Of a stretch of 64,000 bases of DNA, positions 60,478-64,000 are shown piece after piece; positions within the stretch are counted from its first letter, which is position 1, and every line of letters starts with the position of its first letter. Origin of the DNA: Lepidodermella squamata (Eukaryota > Animalia > Gastrotricha); NCBI GenBank assembly GCA_047495785.1, contig JBLDXI010000019.1, positions 2,480,001-2,544,000 on the forward strand, in the 5' to 3' direction. Position numbers and translations under genes: made by a program. The notes below the pieces were generated by a model. That model ran no database searches. It had not been told where the DNA came from and saw only the letters and a list, made by a program, of their open reading frames with translations.

Positions 60478-61636
60478 TTTTCGCTGAAGAGAAGCAAAGC
60501 GGATGCGCTGTGAAGCAGGACTAATGTAAGCGGTTCCAAGGTTTACCAAGTAAACACCAAAACGGCAAGAAGTAAACACCAAAATGTTAAATTGTCTCTA
60601 CTCTTGAAACGCACCCATTATCCGCTCTCGGTAATTCGGTAAAACCTAGTCATTCGAAGCTTCGTTGATTCTATGGTACGCCTTTAGAGTAGCTAAGCTA
60701 ATAGGCATAGCGTAAGTCTATGAGGGATGCGCAATATTTTTAAGCCCAACCGTGGTCGTCAGGGCCCAAAATTAGAAAAGAAATCGGCCTCAAAAGACAA
60801 ATGGCTCCAAAATTCTTGATTTAGATCACTATGCTCCATATTCATCTCGAAGTGAGCGGAACGAGGTAAGGCAGAGTGGGCGAATGCGAAATTATTGTAT
60901 TGCTGAAATCATCCCAGCGCAGCGAAACTATGAATACCAAGAGCTTTTACAGATCACTATTTAGCTGCAAAATTGTACTTTCCAACGCTTGTTTTATTGG
61001 CATTCAGTGAAACTTAAAATGGATCAAACTGGTTCAACGCTGATCCAATCCGCGTATTCCTATTCGTCAGCATCAGGATGTTGTTTAAGCGACTTCTGAC
61101 TGCAATCGCGACAGAAATTCCCGGGACTACGGCCTTCACAACTTTCACTGCATTGGAAATGTGTTGCACTGAAAATGAACAAAAGATGACTCAACGTCCG
61201 GTATTCGGTGTTTTTATTCGATATTTTCGTCATTTGTCAGTCAAGACCATCATCATCATCATCATCAACTTTACAGTTTTGTCACTGGGTTTCCGCAATT
61301 TTTTTTCATAATTAATATCATAATTTCAAAATTATTTGCAATTTTTTTTAGCTAAAAACGATGCGCAGTTACACAATATTGCGATAGGTCGTCGATATAA
61401 CAGTCGGATAACAGGCGGAGGAGACAAAGTCTAGAAAATTCACGAACAGAAAAGAAAACGGTGAGATAAAATCTTTACAAAAACAGCGTTGAAACTCAAC
61501 AAAAAGTTGTCAGATTAAAAACGCAGATTGTCAAATGCGATCGAAAGCAGTCGTGATATGTATGAATTTTTGATATATAATAGAAAAGCGCGGGCACAAA
61601 ATAAAAAATTTGATTATTTTTCTTCCTCATCTCGTA

Positions 61637-64000
61637 TTATACGTTAATAGCAGGCGGTTTAAATTGCAGCTGAGGCCGAAGCAGTTCGGTGTAGTGGATG
61701 AACCGAACGCGATCTGAGGCCGTCGACCCAGGGACCAGCATCGCTAAATCGCGTTCACTCAAGCATATCGCCTGGGCTATTGTCGCGATGCCGCGGGCTA
61801 GGAACGGCCCGGAAAAGTGGGACAAGTCCATGAATCGCAGCAGGTCATCCAACGACCGGAAATGCGCTAGATCTGGGACTGAGTGCGAGGAGGGTAAGGC
61901 CTGGGCGGGGAATTGGAACCTCGCCGGCATTGTTGCGAAGCCGTTCAACGACAACGGCGAGTTCGGCTCGCAGACTGGCCGCAGTAGATCAGGGTTTCTC
62001 AGCACTTTTTGAATAATTGTGACAATTTTCGAGAATTTCGGCCGTCGCATCGGGTCGACCTGCCAGCAGTCGAGCATGAGGGCGTAGAGGACTTCTGGGC
62101 AGCCGGGTGGCGGGGGGAGTCGGTAGCCGCCCTCGACAGCTTTCACCACGTCCTGGTTCGTCCAGTTCCAGTACGGCCGTTCGCCGTAGGACACGACTTC
62201 CCACATGACGACGCCGTACGACCACACGTCGCTCGATGGCTTGAATTTGCGGTAGAGAATGGCCTCGGGCGCCGTCCATCGAACGGGGATTTTGCCGCCG
62301 CTGGTCTGGTACACGCCGCTGCTTGATGAGGCGTCGTCAAATGTCGAAGAGGCGTGAACCAATTTTCGAGCCTGAAATTAAATGAAAAAAACGCAATTAA
62401 AACAAGTGCATAACAAATCCCGAAAATTGTTGAATGAGAGGGAAGAATAATAATAACAAAAATGTTTTTAATATTAAATTTATAGGAAATTGATCCTTAA
62501 TTTGCAATTTAAAATTCATTTTAAAACAGGAGGAACGATATATTAGGAAAATTCAAAACATTTCAAGAAAATATTGAATTCAAATTGAAACAGAATTTTA
62601 AAATTTTGAATTCTATAAAATTCAAATTCAAAATTCATTTTAATTTTAAAATTTAAAAAAATTCATTAAAATTCAAGTGAAAGTCACAATTTTGAAAGAA
62701 ATCTCCAAAATTCGGATCCAAGACTTGAAATTTTCCGAGAAAAGAGCTTGAATTTTTTCAATTTTTTGTTTCACAAAACGTGGCTTTTAAATTAAAAATT
62801 TCTTAATGCTGTCTCTATAGTATTTTCAAACTGGGATAGTACAAAGCAACGTTTTTTTTAGAAAAATCGAATGAATCTAATACGCATTTCAGAATCTTAT
62901 AATTCATCCCTAATTGGCCACTAAAAATTAAAATTATTGACCTTCGTTTGAGTTGTCAATTTAAATTTTCAAAGAAAATATTCATAAGTTTGACCTCAAA
63001 TTTTCTGATTAATTCTTTCAAATTAACTATTTTTTCTATTGATGAAATTCTATTGATATTTTCTATTGATGAAAAATTTAACTTACCAATCCGAAATCGG
63101 CCACTTTGCAAACGAGATTAGGCCTGCTTGATACCAGGACATTTCTCGCCGCCAAATCGCGATGAACAACGCCCAGCGAAGCGAGGTAGGTCATACCAGA
63201 CGCGATATTCAACATCATAGTCGTCAGCTGGACCACCGTCAACTCGCCCATATTCTCCCGCAAAAACACATCCAACGACCCGTTCTCCAAAAACTCAGTC
63301 ACAATCATCACCGGCTCACACCGGGTGATGACACCCTGAAGGGCGACGATATTCGGGTTCTCAAACTGAGCCATGATGCTAGTCTCCATTAGGAACGAAA
63401 TCCGATCCCGCTCAGCCGCGCCTGGTTTCAGCGTTTTAATCGCCACAGTCTGCGGCGGTTTACCAGGCAGCCGCAACTCGCCCCGGCAGACCTCGCCGAA
63501 CTCGCCCCCGCCTATCACAGCATCGATCCGGATACAGGCCGGGTCGATTTCCCGAGCGAATGCCCGAACCGCAATTGTCGGGTCGTCGTACGTATGCGGG
63601 TCGACAAACTCATTCGAATTCGCCTGGCGGTACGCCGTATACACCTTGGTGATAACCGGCGGTAACGAGTTCAAAAAACTCGGCGCAAATGACGATAATT
63701 TCTGCGAATTTTCCGCCCCATTTTCCAGCAACAACGGCGGTGATGTGAAATGGGTGGAGCAAGTCGCTGAATTCGACCCGTTGCTAGTCTCCGTGTTATT
63801 CTGAACGACCCGGCCGGTAAGGTACGGCTTGAAGAACTCGCACTCGGCCTTATCAACGTAATTCGCGATCAGGCCTTTACGGGATGACCCACCCCCTGAT
63901 AACGACCTGCCCTTCCGGTTTGTAACGTACCAGAAGATGAAGAATAACCCAATTGACACAGCAATTGCGATTACAACGGCTGTTCCGATGAAGGCGGGCG
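61637..64000 (-). CDS. Eph: Eph receptor tyrosine kinase, 3' part (TM, juxtamembrane, kinase, SAM, PDZ-binding tail); 5' end outside the window
   Basis: Exons 63087-64000+ and 61637-62371; [59 protein letters not shown]-like segment, C-terminal AINV. Confidence 0.95.

Noticed and set aside
35074-63856. Numerous plus-strand or alternate-frame ORFs overlapping the channel and Eph exons
   Set aside because: These are shadows of real coding exons; their recurrence only reflects paralogy.

Overview
Eukaryotic (invertebrate animal) genomic DNA with short AT-rich GT-AG introns (many about 50-60 nt); no prokaryotic features or CRISPR. Exons were assembled by hand from the ORF track and splice signals. 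(1) A head-to-head pair of large secreted multi-sushi/CCP genes: minus strand 19893->2084 (~22-23 CCP modules, apparently with two extra internal signal-peptide first exons) and plus strand 21194->41283 (~16 CCP modules). They share an unnamed ~150-aa domain. (2) A tandem array of seven minus-strand, three-exon, highly divergent nAChR-like Cys-loop channel genes (34.6-60.5 kb; five intact, two disrupted, three nested antisense in a host intron). They lack the acetylcholine-binding residues, have an almost absent M3-M4 loop, and look like a lineage-specific sensory-receptor expansion; this is the best candidate for an undescribed system. (3) Two nested small secreted-protein paralogs and two nested intronless orphan ORF paralogs. 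(4) A disrupted PAN/F5-8C/LamG/fucolectin-like gene. (5) The 3' half of an Eph receptor kinase. (6) Transposon debris: a Penelope GIY-YIG fragment with a minimal hammerhead ribozyme, pogo- and MULE-type MITEs (one carrying TTAGGG repeats) and a tRNA-Lys pseudogene. All coordinates were counted by eye and may be off by a few bases; no database searches were run.
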